37,498 nucleotides of DNA from a virus (lineage: Duplodnaviria > Caudoviricetes): the IMG/VR virus record IMGVR_UViG_3300028129_000026, positions 1 through 37,498 of that record; one strand, written 5' to 3'. The position numbers and the translations under genes are program-made. Shown here piece after piece: positions 17,655-25,941 of the stretch. Numbering within the stretch: the first letter of the stretch is position 1; each line of letters starts with the position of its first letter. Below the pieces are notes generated by a model, which saw only the letters and a list, made by a program, of their open reading frames with translations, did not search any database and was not told where the DNA came from.

Positions 17655-18611
17655 TTAGGAGTTAATAATACTTTGTATCTCATATACACAACTTAACATT
17701 GTTATTACCGGATCGATTACGTGTACTCTCTGAGCTTGATGTTTTGCTACAGTAACAATAATCTGTGGTATAAATTTAATATAAGCAGATTTCTCCTGTT
17801 GTATATATTCTACAAACTCTTCGCCTAATGTTTGTAAGATATCATCTACTTTATTTGCATAATTACTTACTAGTAATTGATAATTTTTTGCTGGGTCTGT
17901 TTCGTTAAATACTAATTCAAATACATCTTTATAGACAGAGTTAAATTTCTTAACATCTTCTACTGTAATATTAGTATTGCCCTGAGTTTTATAACCCTGT
18001 AATTTATTAAGAGTACTTCTTAAGTCTGGAAAGTTTCTACGTACAAATTCTACCAAAGCTGGTTTCTCAATTGTCATACCTTCTTTACCACAGATCTCAT
18101 AAACTCTTTTAATATATTTCTTAGTTAGCTCAGTCTCTTCGTCTTTATCAAAGTCAAAATTAATAACTTCAAATCTACTAAGTATTGGATCTGGTAATTT
18201 ATTAATATAATTACAGGTTGCAATAAATCTAGAATTAGATGCAAATTGCTCCATAGTAGCACGAAGTGCTTTAAAGAACTGATCTGATACACCATCTACC
18301 TCATCAAGAATAACCACCTTAAACATACCAGCTTTATCAATGATTGAAACTGTAGAACAGAAGTCTATAATCTTAGTTCTAATTACATCAACTGACGTGT
18401 CTGTGGACGCGTTAATATAAAGATAAGGTAATTCAAATTGATTTACTATGGCTTTTGCACAAGAAGTCTTACCAGTACCTGGCGAACCTGCAAATAACAT
18501 ATTTTGTACTAGTCCATCATTGAACTTATTCATAACACGCCCAGGAAGAATTAGTTCTTCTAAATTCTTTGGACGATATTTCTCTGTAAAGAGTTGATTT
18601 ATTGATTGCAT
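17655..18611 (-). CDS. gp44: Sliding clamp loader ATPase subunit (gp44/RFC-like)
   Basis: EKYRP, GSPGTGKT, INAS, VILDEVD, LRATMEQF and SRF motifs. Confidence 0.93.
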   Translation of the reverse strand: MQSINQLFTEKYRPKNLEELILPGRVMNKFNDGLVQNMLFAGSPGTGKTSCAKAIVNQFELPYLYINASTDTSVDVIRTKIIDFCSTVSIIDKAGMFKVVILDEVDGVSDQFFKALRATMEQFASNSRFIATCNYINKLPDPILSRFEVINFDFDKDEETELTKKYIKRVYEICGKEGMTIEKPALVEFVRRNFPDLRSTLNKLQGYKTQGNTNITVEDVKKFNSVYKDVFELVFNETDPAKNYQLLVSNYANKVDDILQTLGEEFVEYIQQEKSAYIKFIPQIIVTVAKHQAQRVHVIDPVITMLSCVYEIQSIINS

Positions 18612-18630
18612 ATACTACTTATTTTGTAGA

Positions 18631-18657
18631 TTATATGGAATAGTCATCTAAAGTTTC
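18631..18657 (-). promoter_or_regulatory. Putative middle-type promoter GAAAC-N15-CATATAA
   Basis: 19 nt upstream of the gp44 start, with the 15-nt spacer. Confidence 0.68.
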
Positions 18658-18672
18658 ACGAATAAATACTAT

Positions 18673-19182
18673 ATGGCAAAATCATATTTTAATATAGAAA
18701 TTAAACGCACCAGTGGATCTTATCCAAAAAACCGCTATGGAATCATTCTTAAGCCGCTGATGAAGTTATATAGAAAATTCCTAGTAGAACATCGCCATAT
18801 AAAAGAATGGTCTCAGGACGATCGTTTCGTACATTGTGTTCTACGAATGCAGAGGCCTGCTGTTAAAAACAGTAGCATGTTAAAAACTTATTTTGATTGG
18901 GAAAGCCTTACACCAGTATCTAAGGTACAATTACATCAAAATTATAACGAAGTAGATTGGGTTTGTGCAATTAGTTTAAAACCAATAAGAGCTAAGTTTA
19001 TGAACTTTGATCCTAAGAACTTTTTACACCCGGAATACTATGATGTTTTAGAGGCTCCAATGATTGATAGTAGAATACTTAAATCTTCTGTTGAGTTTCG
19101 CCATAAATGTAAAAAACTCCTACTCGAAGAACGAGAGGAGTTTCTTAAACTTGCTAAAAAGAACGCTAAACGCTCTCTTTAA
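18673..19182 (+). CDS. Hypothetical basic protein (169 aa), the only plausible plus-strand gene
   Basis: Fills the gap between gp44 (divergent) and the head protein gene (convergent). No competing minus-strand ORF. Confidence 0.7.
   Translation: MAKSYFNIEIKRTSGSYPKNRYGIILKPLMKLYRKFLVEHRHIKEWSQDDRFVHCVLRMQRPAVKNSSMLKTYFDWESLTPVSKVQLHQNYNEVDWVCAISLKPIRAKFMNFDPKNFLHPEYYDVLEAPMIDSRILKSSVEFRHKCKKLLLEEREEFLKLAKKNAKRSL
19111..19143 (-). terminator. Probable terminator for the large head protein gene, embedded in the opposite-strand CDS
   Basis: aaactcctactcg-aagaa-cgagaggagttt hairpin with a minus-strand U-tract. Confidence 0.6.
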
Positions 19183-19184
19183 TC

Positions 19185-21665
19185 TTACATTAATTTTGAG
19201 AATTTTTGTGCTATAGTTAATCCTTCATCTAACTTAATAGTTTTAGGTAACTCTTCTTTTGCTTCTTCTACAAATTCTTCAGCGTTTTCTTCATCTTCCT
19301 TAGAAACATCTTCTACTGGATATTCTTCGTCGCCTACTTTAAATGTTTTCTCACCTTTTGCAATTGCTTCTGCTCTTGCAGCTCCGAATTCATTTCCTTC
19401 TTCGATTTCTACTGATTCAAATTGTAAAGAATCAATTCTGATATTCATTGAAGCCATTTCCATTGGGTCTGTACCATCTTCGTAGTCCACTGTTGCAAAT
19501 AGTTCACCCATTTCTATGATTTTAAATCTTCCAGGGAATCTAACATTCTCACCGTAAACTGTTTCACCTTTCTCAACAGCTTTCATAGCTTTCTTTAATT
19601 TAGGGTGTAAACCTTCGTTTACGTCTTCAGTTTCTACTGATTCAAATTGTAATTTATCAATAGCAATGTTCATTGCAGCCATATCAAATGCGTCTGTACC
19701 GTCTTCATAGTCTACAGTAGCCATATTACCTGCTTTGTTAAAAGATAAAATCTTAAATCTTCCAGGGAATCTAATGTTTTCACCATAAACTGTTTCGCCT
19801 TTTTCGACAGCCTTTATAGCTTTCTTAATTTTAGGGCTAATACCTTCGTTTACGTCTTCGATTTCTACTGATTCAAATTGTAATTTATCAATAGCAATGT
19901 TCAGTGAATCCATGTACATTTGGCCTGTACCATCTTCGTAGTCTACTTTTGAGTTTATATCTCCAAGTTCTACGATTTTAAATCTTCCAGGAAATCTAAC
20001 GTTTTCTGCGTAAACAGTTTCACCTTGTTCGATAGCCTTTTTAGCTTTCTTTAATTCCTTTTTTTGCTTTTTAAGATATGCGTCGAAGTTAGGGTGATTT
20101 TCATTTACTTCTAAAGATTCATTAGACTGTTCTTTACCAAAATAGAATTCTTCTCCTTCATCTTCTCCTTCAGCGTTTTTAGCTCTAAATGGACCTTGCT
20201 TTTCTATCCATTTGTCTTTGCCCTGTATTGTGTTACCATCTGCATCAGTTTTCTCTGGGTGTTTATCATCTTGTGTGCCCGCAGGAATCTTTTTAAGAGT
20301 ACCATAGGTTTCTTCGCCGATAGCTTCTTTAGCTACATCTTCAACAGATTTAGCCTCACCGGTAGGAGTATTTTCAAGATCTTTAATAGCTTGGTCAACA
20401 CCATTTTCTACTTCTATTGCCTTTTTAATTGGACTAAATTCTTCTGCTGAAATAAATCCTTCTTCACCACCCCATTTAGGTATTAATGCTCCAAGCTTAT
20501 AACCACCATCTACTTCTTGTGCAGCATCAGCGTCTCCACCTGCTAGTGTAATTAATGATTTAGTTGTTACCTTAGGTGCAGCAGCAACTTTATCATGTAA
20601 TGCTTTTTTAGCTTTCCATTCTTCTCCGGATGCTTTTTTAACTGCAGCGGATAATTTTTTAGCAGTTTCTAAGTTCTTTTTAGCTTCTTCCTTATCTTCA
20701 TCACCCTTTGCTTTTGTGAATAAGTTTAAAATTTCAGTTTCTATTAAAAAGCTAAGAGTTTGATCAATTCCTAAACTCTCTCCAAGATTATACTGAGGAA
20801 CTGCAGAAGTAATTTCCGCTTCTACTTTGCTAACCTCGGTTCTAGCTTTAGTAAATGCCTCAATTTCTGCCATAAATGGCTGCATACCTTTTAGTTCTGC
20901 TATTTCATCCGCAGATACATCCTTACCGGCCGCGATTTTGTCATCAATAGCTTTTCTATCTGCTGCAAGTTCTTCTAATTCAGTTTTGGCCGCTATTGCT
21001 CTCTCCTTTTCCCCCTTTTTAATTAACAGTTCAGCTTTAGACTTTAGTCCTGCTTGTTTTACATCAGAAGTAACTTGAGCTTTCTCTGCAGCTAAAAGTT
21101 CTTTTAACTTACCTATTACTTGACCCTCAACTTTAGAGTATTTAGTATTGAATGCTGTAAGTACATCGTCAGCCTTTGCCTTTGTCTTTTCTTTATATGC
21201 GGTAATTTTATCTTCTTGAGCACTTAATTTATCTATCTCCTTAGTTATTTTTTCTTTTTGCGGACCTTTGGCTTTTTCTTTCGCAAGTTTCAGCTTGAGC
21301 TTAGTTTTAAGTAACCCTTCAGTCTTACTAGCTATTCTGCCGTCAAGAATATTTTGGTCCGCGTCTGTTGCTAATTTCTCAAATTCACCTAACATGCTTT
21401 TTGCTCTACCATACATAGCAGTAGACATAATTTGTTTTATTAGGTCATCAAAACTTTCGTTTAGTGTAACATTACCTTCAGACATTTGAGCTGATAGGGT
21501 TTCTAGATTAGTTAGGATAGCATCAACATCAGCAATAACTTCAGTTCTAATAGCCTCTCCAGTTTTAGTTTCTGTTTTAACCTCAGCCTTGACCTCAGTA
21601 TTTACTTTAGCGTTAGATTGAGCATCAAAATCCTCAAGTAACATTAATTTTTTACGTAGTTTCAT
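19185..21665 (-). CDS. Large putative internal head protein (826 aa) with coiled coil and three tandem ~76-aa domains
   Basis: Start revised to MKLRKK at 21665, because the ORF-track start lies in a terminator upstream of the promoter. Follows gp23, has its own GATATATA, and carries many [ILV]xE motifs. Confidence 0.7.
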   Translation of the reverse strand: MKLRKKLMLLEDFDAQSNAKVNTEVKAEVKTETKTGEAIRTEVIADVDAILTNLETLSAQMSEGNVTLNESFDDLIKQIMSTAMYGRAKSMLGEFEKLATDADQNILDGRIASKTEGLLKTKLKLKLAKEKAKGPQKEKITKEIDKLSAQEDKITAYKEKTKAKADDVLTAFNTKYSKVEGQVIGKLKELLAAEKAQVTSDVKQAGLKSKAELLIKKGEKERAIAAKTELEELAADRKAIDDKIAAGKDVSADEIAELKGMQPFMAEIEAFTKARTEVSKVEAEITSAVPQYNLGESLGIDQTLSFLIETEILNLFTKAKGDEDKEEAKKNLETAKKLSAAVKKASGEEWKAKKALHDKVAAAPKVTTKSLITLAGGDADAAQEVDGGYKLGALIPKWGGEEGFISAEEFSPIKKAIEVENGVDQAIKDLENTPTGEAKSVEDVAKEAIGEETYGTLKKIPAGTQDDKHPEKTDADGNTIQGKDKWIEKQGPFRAKNAEGEDEGEEFYFGKEQSNESLEVNENHPNFDAYLKKQKKELKKAKKAIEQGETVYAENVRFPGRFKIVELGDINSKVDYEDGTGQMYMDSLNIAIDKLQFESVEIEDVNEGISPKIKKAIKAVEKGETVYGENIRFPGRFKILSFNKAGNMATVDYEDGTDAFDMAAMNIAIDKLQFESVETEDVNEGLHPKLKKAMKAVEKGETVYGENVRFPGRFKIIEMGELFATVDYEDGTDPMEMASMNIRIDSLQFESVEIEEGNEFGAARAEAIAKGEKTFKVGDEEYPVEDVSKEDEENAEEFVEEAKEELPKTIKLDEGLTIAQKFSKLM
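19406..20110 (-). repeat. Three tandem 225-231 nt coding repeats
   Basis: KKA.KA.E.GETVY.EN.RFPGRFKI...VDYEDGT...MNI.ID.LQFESVE-like unit repeated three times. The anchor tttctactgattcaaattgtaa occurs at 19406, 19631 and 19862. Confidence 0.92.
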
Positions 21666-21703
21666 ATTGTTTACTTTTTTGTTTAATGTAAGTATTATTA
21701 GAT

Positions 21704-21711
21704 TATATATC
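21704..21711 (-). promoter_or_regulatory. Putative late promoter GATATATA
   Basis: Exact octamer 38 nt upstream of the ATG at 21665. Confidence 0.8.
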
Positions 21712-21738
21712 CCCTTAATTTTTTGTTTTCTACAAAAT

Positions 21739-21767
21739 AAAAAAAGGCCTTCCAAACGGAAGGCCTT
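21739..21767 (-). terminator. Intrinsic terminator after the major capsid gene
   Basis: aaggccttcc-aaac-ggaaggcctt with a minus-strand U-tract. Confidence 0.88.
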
Positions 21768-21817
21768 CTTATAAAATATATTCTAATTGTTAGAGTATAA
21801 CTTCATCTAATTAAAGA

Positions 21818-23287
21818 TTAAAGTGCTACGCCACCAACAAAGAATTTTTGGTATTGAGTTTCAGGATGGAATCCAGCCTCAACTAGAGCGTATCTAGATT
21901 TAACAGCTACTTTAGGAGCCATAGTTCCTTCAGCAATTGCTTGTACTGATTCAGCCATTAAGTAAGGCATGAATACTAATCCAGCACCGTTACCGTCACC
22001 TTTTCTACCAACTAATACTTCGTGAGCAAGTGTGTCAGCAGTAAAATCAGAATTTGCAGCTAAAACAGTTTCACCATCAAATGGTTGATTTGGATCAGTG
22101 TAAACATTTACACCTGCAACAGAACCTACTGGGTAGATTGCTCCTGCAACTTGGTTAAATGTGTTAGCCATTGGGTTTGGTACGAAACCAGCAACTGCTT
22201 GTAAAGCTGAAGCAACTTTTGCATCAACTACAGCGAAGTTACCAGCACCTCTACGTCCTCTGTTTGCGATTAAGTTCGCAGCAGCAAGAATGTGAGTAAG
22301 GATTCTTCTGTTTACATCACCGTAAGTGTTTCCACCTACTGAGTAATCTAATGTGAAGTCAGTAATTCCACCTTCAGCGATAGCTCTCATTTTACCTAAA
22401 ATGTGAGTGTTAATAGACTGAGTTAATTCGTTAGTTAAAACTGCTTCTACTTGAGCAACAGCATCTACACCGAATTGTTTTAAATCTTGTACTTGTTCTC
22501 TAGTAACTGCAGCAGCAACTTGGAAAGTTTCAGCAGCAACACTTTTAGAGAATAAAGAAAGACCCATTACTTTGTCAGCAGTTCTTTCACCATCTTCTCT
22601 TGTCATTGGTTCGTAACTAGCTTTACCATTAGATACACCAGCACCTGAGAATCCAGGAACGTGATCTTCTAATGCAGTAACTAATGCAACGTTAGAGTAA
22701 CCAGCAGCTACTAAATCTAACTTTACGTTAGCAGCTACTAATGTACCTACTTTGAAAATTGCGTCTCCGTCAATTCTAGATTCACCAACATATTCGTGTG
22801 CACCGTTTCCAGCACCTGCAACGATATCTTCTAAATCACCTGTAGCCTTAACATAAGTTGGAGCTGTTCCACCTAATTCAAGAGTTCCACCTTCGTATAC
22901 GAAATCAAGGTAAGATAATAATCCCATTGGGCCAGCCATTGGAATTACTGGTACTAAGTCTAAACCGATAGTTTGAGCAGCAACTTGCATTGCTAAAGGT
23001 AAAAGTGTTGGAGCTTTGTCTCCAGAACCGTTACCACCTGCACCGTTACCGTTTGCACCAGCTCCGTTAGAGATTGCGCTAGGGAATGATACAGCACCCA
23101 TACCAGCCAAGTTCATTGGACCAGGGTTGTTTGAGAGCGTCATGATGTTCGCGTCCTCATAAAGTTTATGGTTGTGACAGTAAGTCGACATCCATGCTAA
23201 TTTGCTAGATTCATTGATACCTGTAGCTTCCGAAATGATCGGTGCCCATGTACTTCTGATCTCAGCTTCGTTTAATAAATTTGCCAT
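21818..23287 (-). CDS. gp23: Major capsid protein (gp23-like), 489 aa
   Basis: DLVPVIPMAGPMG, LTNELTQSIN, IANRGRRGAGNF, GLVFMPY and PKVAVKSRYAL motifs. Start revised to MANLLNE at 23287. Confidence 0.95.
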   Translation of the reverse strand: MANLLNEAEIRSTWAPIISEATGINESSKLAWMSTYCHNHKLYEDANIMTLSNNPGPMNLAGMGAVSFPSAISNGAGANGNGAGGNGSGDKAPTLLPLAMQVAAQTIGLDLVPVIPMAGPMGLLSYLDFVYEGGTLELGGTAPTYVKATGDLEDIVAGAGNGAHEYVGESRIDGDAIFKVGTLVAANVKLDLVAAGYSNVALVTALEDHVPGFSGAGVSNGKASYEPMTREDGERTADKVMGLSLFSKSVAAETFQVAAAVTREQVQDLKQFGVDAVAQVEAVLTNELTQSINTHILGKMRAIAEGGITDFTLDYSVGGNTYGDVNRRILTHILAAANLIANRGRRGAGNFAVVDAKVASALQAVAGFVPNPMANTFNQVAGAIYPVGSVAGVNVYTDPNQPFDGETVLAANSDFTADTLAHEVLVGRKGDGNGAGLVFMPYLMAESVQAIAEGTMAPKVAVKSRYALVEAGFHPETQYQKFFVGGVAL

Positions 23288-23318
23288 TTTTAATGATCGT
23301 TTTTTTTGTTGTTTATAT

Positions 23319-23362
23319 TCGACATTTATTGGGCTTTCTGCTTCTGTCACCCTTATCGTCGA
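23319..23362 (-). promoter_or_regulatory. Candidate structured RNA in the capsid gene 5' leader
   Basis: Nested stems UCGACG/UGUCGA and GGGU/GCCC, each with a G-U pair possible only on the sense strand. Loop is GACAGAAGCAGAAA. Confidence 0.5.
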
Positions 23363-23378
23363 TGTTTTGTTTGTTAAT

Positions 23379-23386
23379 TATATATC
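23379..23386 (-). promoter_or_regulatory. Putative late promoter GATATATA
   Basis: Exact octamer 91 nt upstream of the capsid start. Confidence 0.8.
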
Positions 23387-23392
23387 TATAAA

Positions 23393-25504
23393 TTATTTGT
23401 TAAATCTTTTCTTGAATGCATCTGCATAATTTGATACATCATATAGAGTATCATCTTTAGCTTCAACTTCTTTAGATTCACTAACCATTGCTACTTTCTC
23501 CATTTTAACCGGAGCTTCTCTTAAATCTCTAGTTTGCCAGAAATTAGCAACTTGATATTCAGTATTTAAACTATGGTATTTAGATTGTGCTACAATTTGA
23601 TTCTGCTTAGCTTCTGATAAGTTTGCCCATGCTTCAGCATATTCTGTTGGCATTGCGCTAATGAATAAAGGTTGTTGACCTGCACTTTCTACAATTAGTT
23701 GTGCGTTATTCATTAATGATACTATTTCAGATTCTGTCATGAAACCTCTCTTAGAAACAGTATTTCTAACATCAGTCTTAGCAGATTCAGTTAATTCATT
23801 ATATTTTTCTCTTGTTGTAGAAGATACAACTTTAAAGAATGATGGATTCTCATTCTCTTTTTTAGTTGCAGTTTCAACTAAAGCGTCTAATTTAGAAGAG
23901 ATTTCATTTTTGTAAGCCTCTAAAGGATCTAATGCTCCTTCTTCGCCTTCAGCTTCTTCATCACCTTCGCCAGCTTCAACTTCTTTAGTTTCATCTTCGA
24001 TTTCAGAATCAGATGTTTCTGTTTCGTCTTCAAGTTCTTCAGCTTCAGTAGAATCTCCAGTTTCCTCTTCAACATCACCTTCTGGTGCATTATCTCCAAT
24101 TTCTTCTAGTTCTTCTTCGTCTTTAGTTACAACTTCTTCACCTTCAATTCCGTTTTCTTCACCTTCAACATCACCTTCTTCTGAATTATCACCGATGTTT
24201 TCGATTTCTTCTTTATCTTCAGCTTCGTCTTTTCCCTTTGCCGGATCTTCTTCTTCAGTAACCTCTTCAGCAACTTCTTCAGCAACTTCTTTGGCAACTT
24301 CTTCGCCTTCAACTTTATCAGCTGCTTCTACCTCTTCTTCTTTAGCTTCTTCAGCTTCAGCGTTAATTTCAACTTCTTCTTCTACTTCTTCCTCTTCAAC
24401 TGTCTCGTTTAAAGCTTCAGCAATATATTCAGTGTATTCTGAAACTGACTGTAAATTTTCTTTTAAGTATTCAACATAAGCAACTAAGTTTTCTTTAGAT
24501 TCAACGCCATCATTATGTGCTTCTGCTAAATAGTTAGCAAAATCTTTTACTTTAGAAACTGCTTCAGATACGTGTTCAGTATAAGAAATGCTTTCATCTA
24601 ATTTAACAGCAACATGCTCTGAATACTGAATGTTTTGATCAGTTTTTTCAGCAATATGCTCTGAGTACTGAATGTTTTGATCTAATTTTTCGGCTAACAT
24701 TTCTACATATTCTGTTAATGTATTAACATTATCAACAATATGATTATTATGTGCCTTTACGTTGTTAATATCGGTTGCTTCTGTTTCTCCATTTGCACCG
24801 ATTGATTCTTTAAGTGACTTGATTTCATTTGCAAGGTACTCAGAGTACTTATTGAAATCTTCAGCCTTTACAAAGTCTGCCATGTTTTTGTTTTCTTTTA
24901 TTTGTATGTTTGTGTTTTGATTTTCAATATTTTCAACTAAAGTTGGAGCGTCTTTGTGCATTTCATAAATAAAAAGACTATCATCATTAGAATAACCGTA
25001 TGATTCATTAACTCTAGTTAGCTCTGCATTTTCAAATCCAGGATCTGCAACTAAATCATAAGTAAATAATTGCTTAATTTTAACCTTACCATTAGATTCT
25101 ACCGCACCTGCAGCTCTAGAAGAAATCTGTAAAGGTACTCCAGCATCTACAAGAGCTTTAGCCTGACGACCAGCATCTGTATCTAATAATCTGATTTTAC
25201 CTCTTACTTCTTTAGATTCTTTATCATAGAATAATTCTTCTACAACGTGAGATACATTCTTTAAAGATGTATCAAATTGTGTCGGGTGGTCTAATTCTCC
25301 TAAAAGCTTAGAAGACTGAATTTTAGCTTGTAGAGCCTCAATCTGAGGAACATATTCGCTCTCAGTATAGATTCTATTGTTTCTGTTTTTTTGATCTATT
25401 TGACCAAAAACACCTTCTAAAACATAGTCTTTGTTTTCAGAAGCCACCGCCGTTAATGCAGATGTTGACTTCTCAACAATCAGCAAATTATGCTTATTTT
25501 TCAT
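23393..25504 (-). CDS. gp21: Prohead protease (gp21-like) fused to scaffold/prohead core (gp22-like)
   Basis: N-terminal LEGVF..KNRNNRIY, LGELDHP, SSRAAG and YDLVADPGF, followed by coiled-coil and highly acidic regions. Lies between portal and capsid genes. Confidence 0.9.
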   Translation of the reverse strand: MKNKHNLLIVEKSTSALTAVASENKDYVLEGVFGQIDQKNRNNRIYTESEYVPQIEALQAKIQSSKLLGELDHPTQFDTSLKNVSHVVEELFYDKESKEVRGKIRLLDTDAGRQAKALVDAGVPLQISSRAAGAVESNGKVKIKQLFTYDLVADPGFENAELTRVNESYGYSNDDSLFIYEMHKDAPTLVENIENQNTNIQIKENKNMADFVKAEDFNKYSEYLANEIKSLKESIGANGETEATDINNVKAHNNHIVDNVNTLTEYVEMLAEKLDQNIQYSEHIAEKTDQNIQYSEHVAVKLDESISYTEHVSEAVSKVKDFANYLAEAHNDGVESKENLVAYVEYLKENLQSVSEYTEYIAEALNETVEEEEVEEEVEINAEAEEAKEEEVEAADKVEGEEVAKEVAEEVAEEVTEEEDPAKGKDEAEDKEEIENIGDNSEEGDVEGEENGIEGEEVVTKDEEELEEIGDNAPEGDVEEETGDSTEAEELEDETETSDSEIEDETKEVEAGEGDEEAEGEEGALDPLEAYKNEISSKLDALVETATKKENENPSFFKVVSSTTREKYNELTESAKTDVRNTVSKRGFMTESEIVSLMNNAQLIVESAGQQPLFISAMPTEYAEAWANLSEAKQNQIVAQSKYHSLNTEYQVANFWQTRDLREAPVKMEKVAMVSESKEVEAKDDTLYDVSNYADAFKKRFNK
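24614..24682 (-). repeat. 42-nt (14-aa) tandem repeat in the scaffold region
   Basis: atgctctgaatactgaatgttttgatc (24614) and atgctctgagtactgaatgttttgatc (24656) encode DQNIQYSEH twice, with degenerate flanking copies. Confidence 0.85.
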
Positions 25505-25528
25505 ATTTGGTGTTTTTCTTATTTTTAA

Positions 25529-25536
25529 TATATATC
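25529..25536 (-). promoter_or_regulatory. Putative late promoter GATATATA
   Basis: Exact octamer 24 nt upstream of the gp21 start. Confidence 0.8.
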
Positions 25537-25563
25537 ATCATTTATTATCGAAATATCATGGTA

Positions 25564-25911
25564 TTATATCCCGGCTAGCGGGTCGTCCTCTTCTCCCTCT
25601 CCTTCAGCGTCGCCTTCTTCCTCTTTTTCCTTCTCAGCTTCTTCCGTTTTATAATCATTATACATCTTTACAAGTTGGTCAATTTCACCCTCTGCAAATG
25701 CACCTTCGCCATACTCATCATAGAAATATTGCTTGAATTCTTTCTCAGTAGACTTAGCTAAAATACTTCCTAGAATCTCTGCTGATTTAATGCTTTTACC
25801 AGAATCCAGTTTTACGTCATCAATATAAAGATCAGATTCTTCTCCGGCCTTTAAAGCGTCTTCTTGTACTCTAGTTGAGATAAAATCCTCAAATGTTTTT
25901 AAATTTTTCAT
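25564..25911 (-). CDS. Small acidic prohead core/internal protein (115 aa)
   Basis: Occupies the gp67/gp68 position. N-terminus MKNLKTFEDFISTRVQE resembles the T4 capsid targeting sequence MKTYQEFIAE. Confidence 0.65.
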   Translation of the reverse strand: MKNLKTFEDFISTRVQEDALKAGEESDLYIDDVKLDSGKSIKSAEILGSILAKSTEKEFKQYFYDEYGEGAFAEGEIDQLVKMYNDYKTEEAEKEKEEEGDAEGEGEEDDPLAGI

Positions 25912-25915
25912 ATTT

Positions 25916-25923
25916 TATATATC
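25916..25923 (-). promoter_or_regulatory. Putative late promoter GATATATA
   Basis: Exact octamer only 4 nt upstream of the ATG at 25911. Confidence 0.7.
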
Positions 25924-25941
25924 TTTTTCAATTATTTAATA

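Noticed and set aside
19406-20110. Tandem repeats as a CRISPR array or DGR template/variable repeats
   Set aside because: The units are 225-231 nt in-frame protein domains, with no unique spacers, no adenine-specific variation and no reverse transcriptase or cas genes.
3402-24312. Alternative-frame minus-strand ORFs 3402..3626, 11481..11714, 12096..12314 and 24127..24312
   Set aside because: They are nested in conserved genes, and their composition (Cys-rich or Lys/Leu-rich) is explained by off-frame reading of biased codons.
23930-24410. (TTC)-rich low-complexity DNA as a microsatellite or non-coding repeat
   Set aside because: It simply encodes the Glu-rich scaffold tract (GAA codons).
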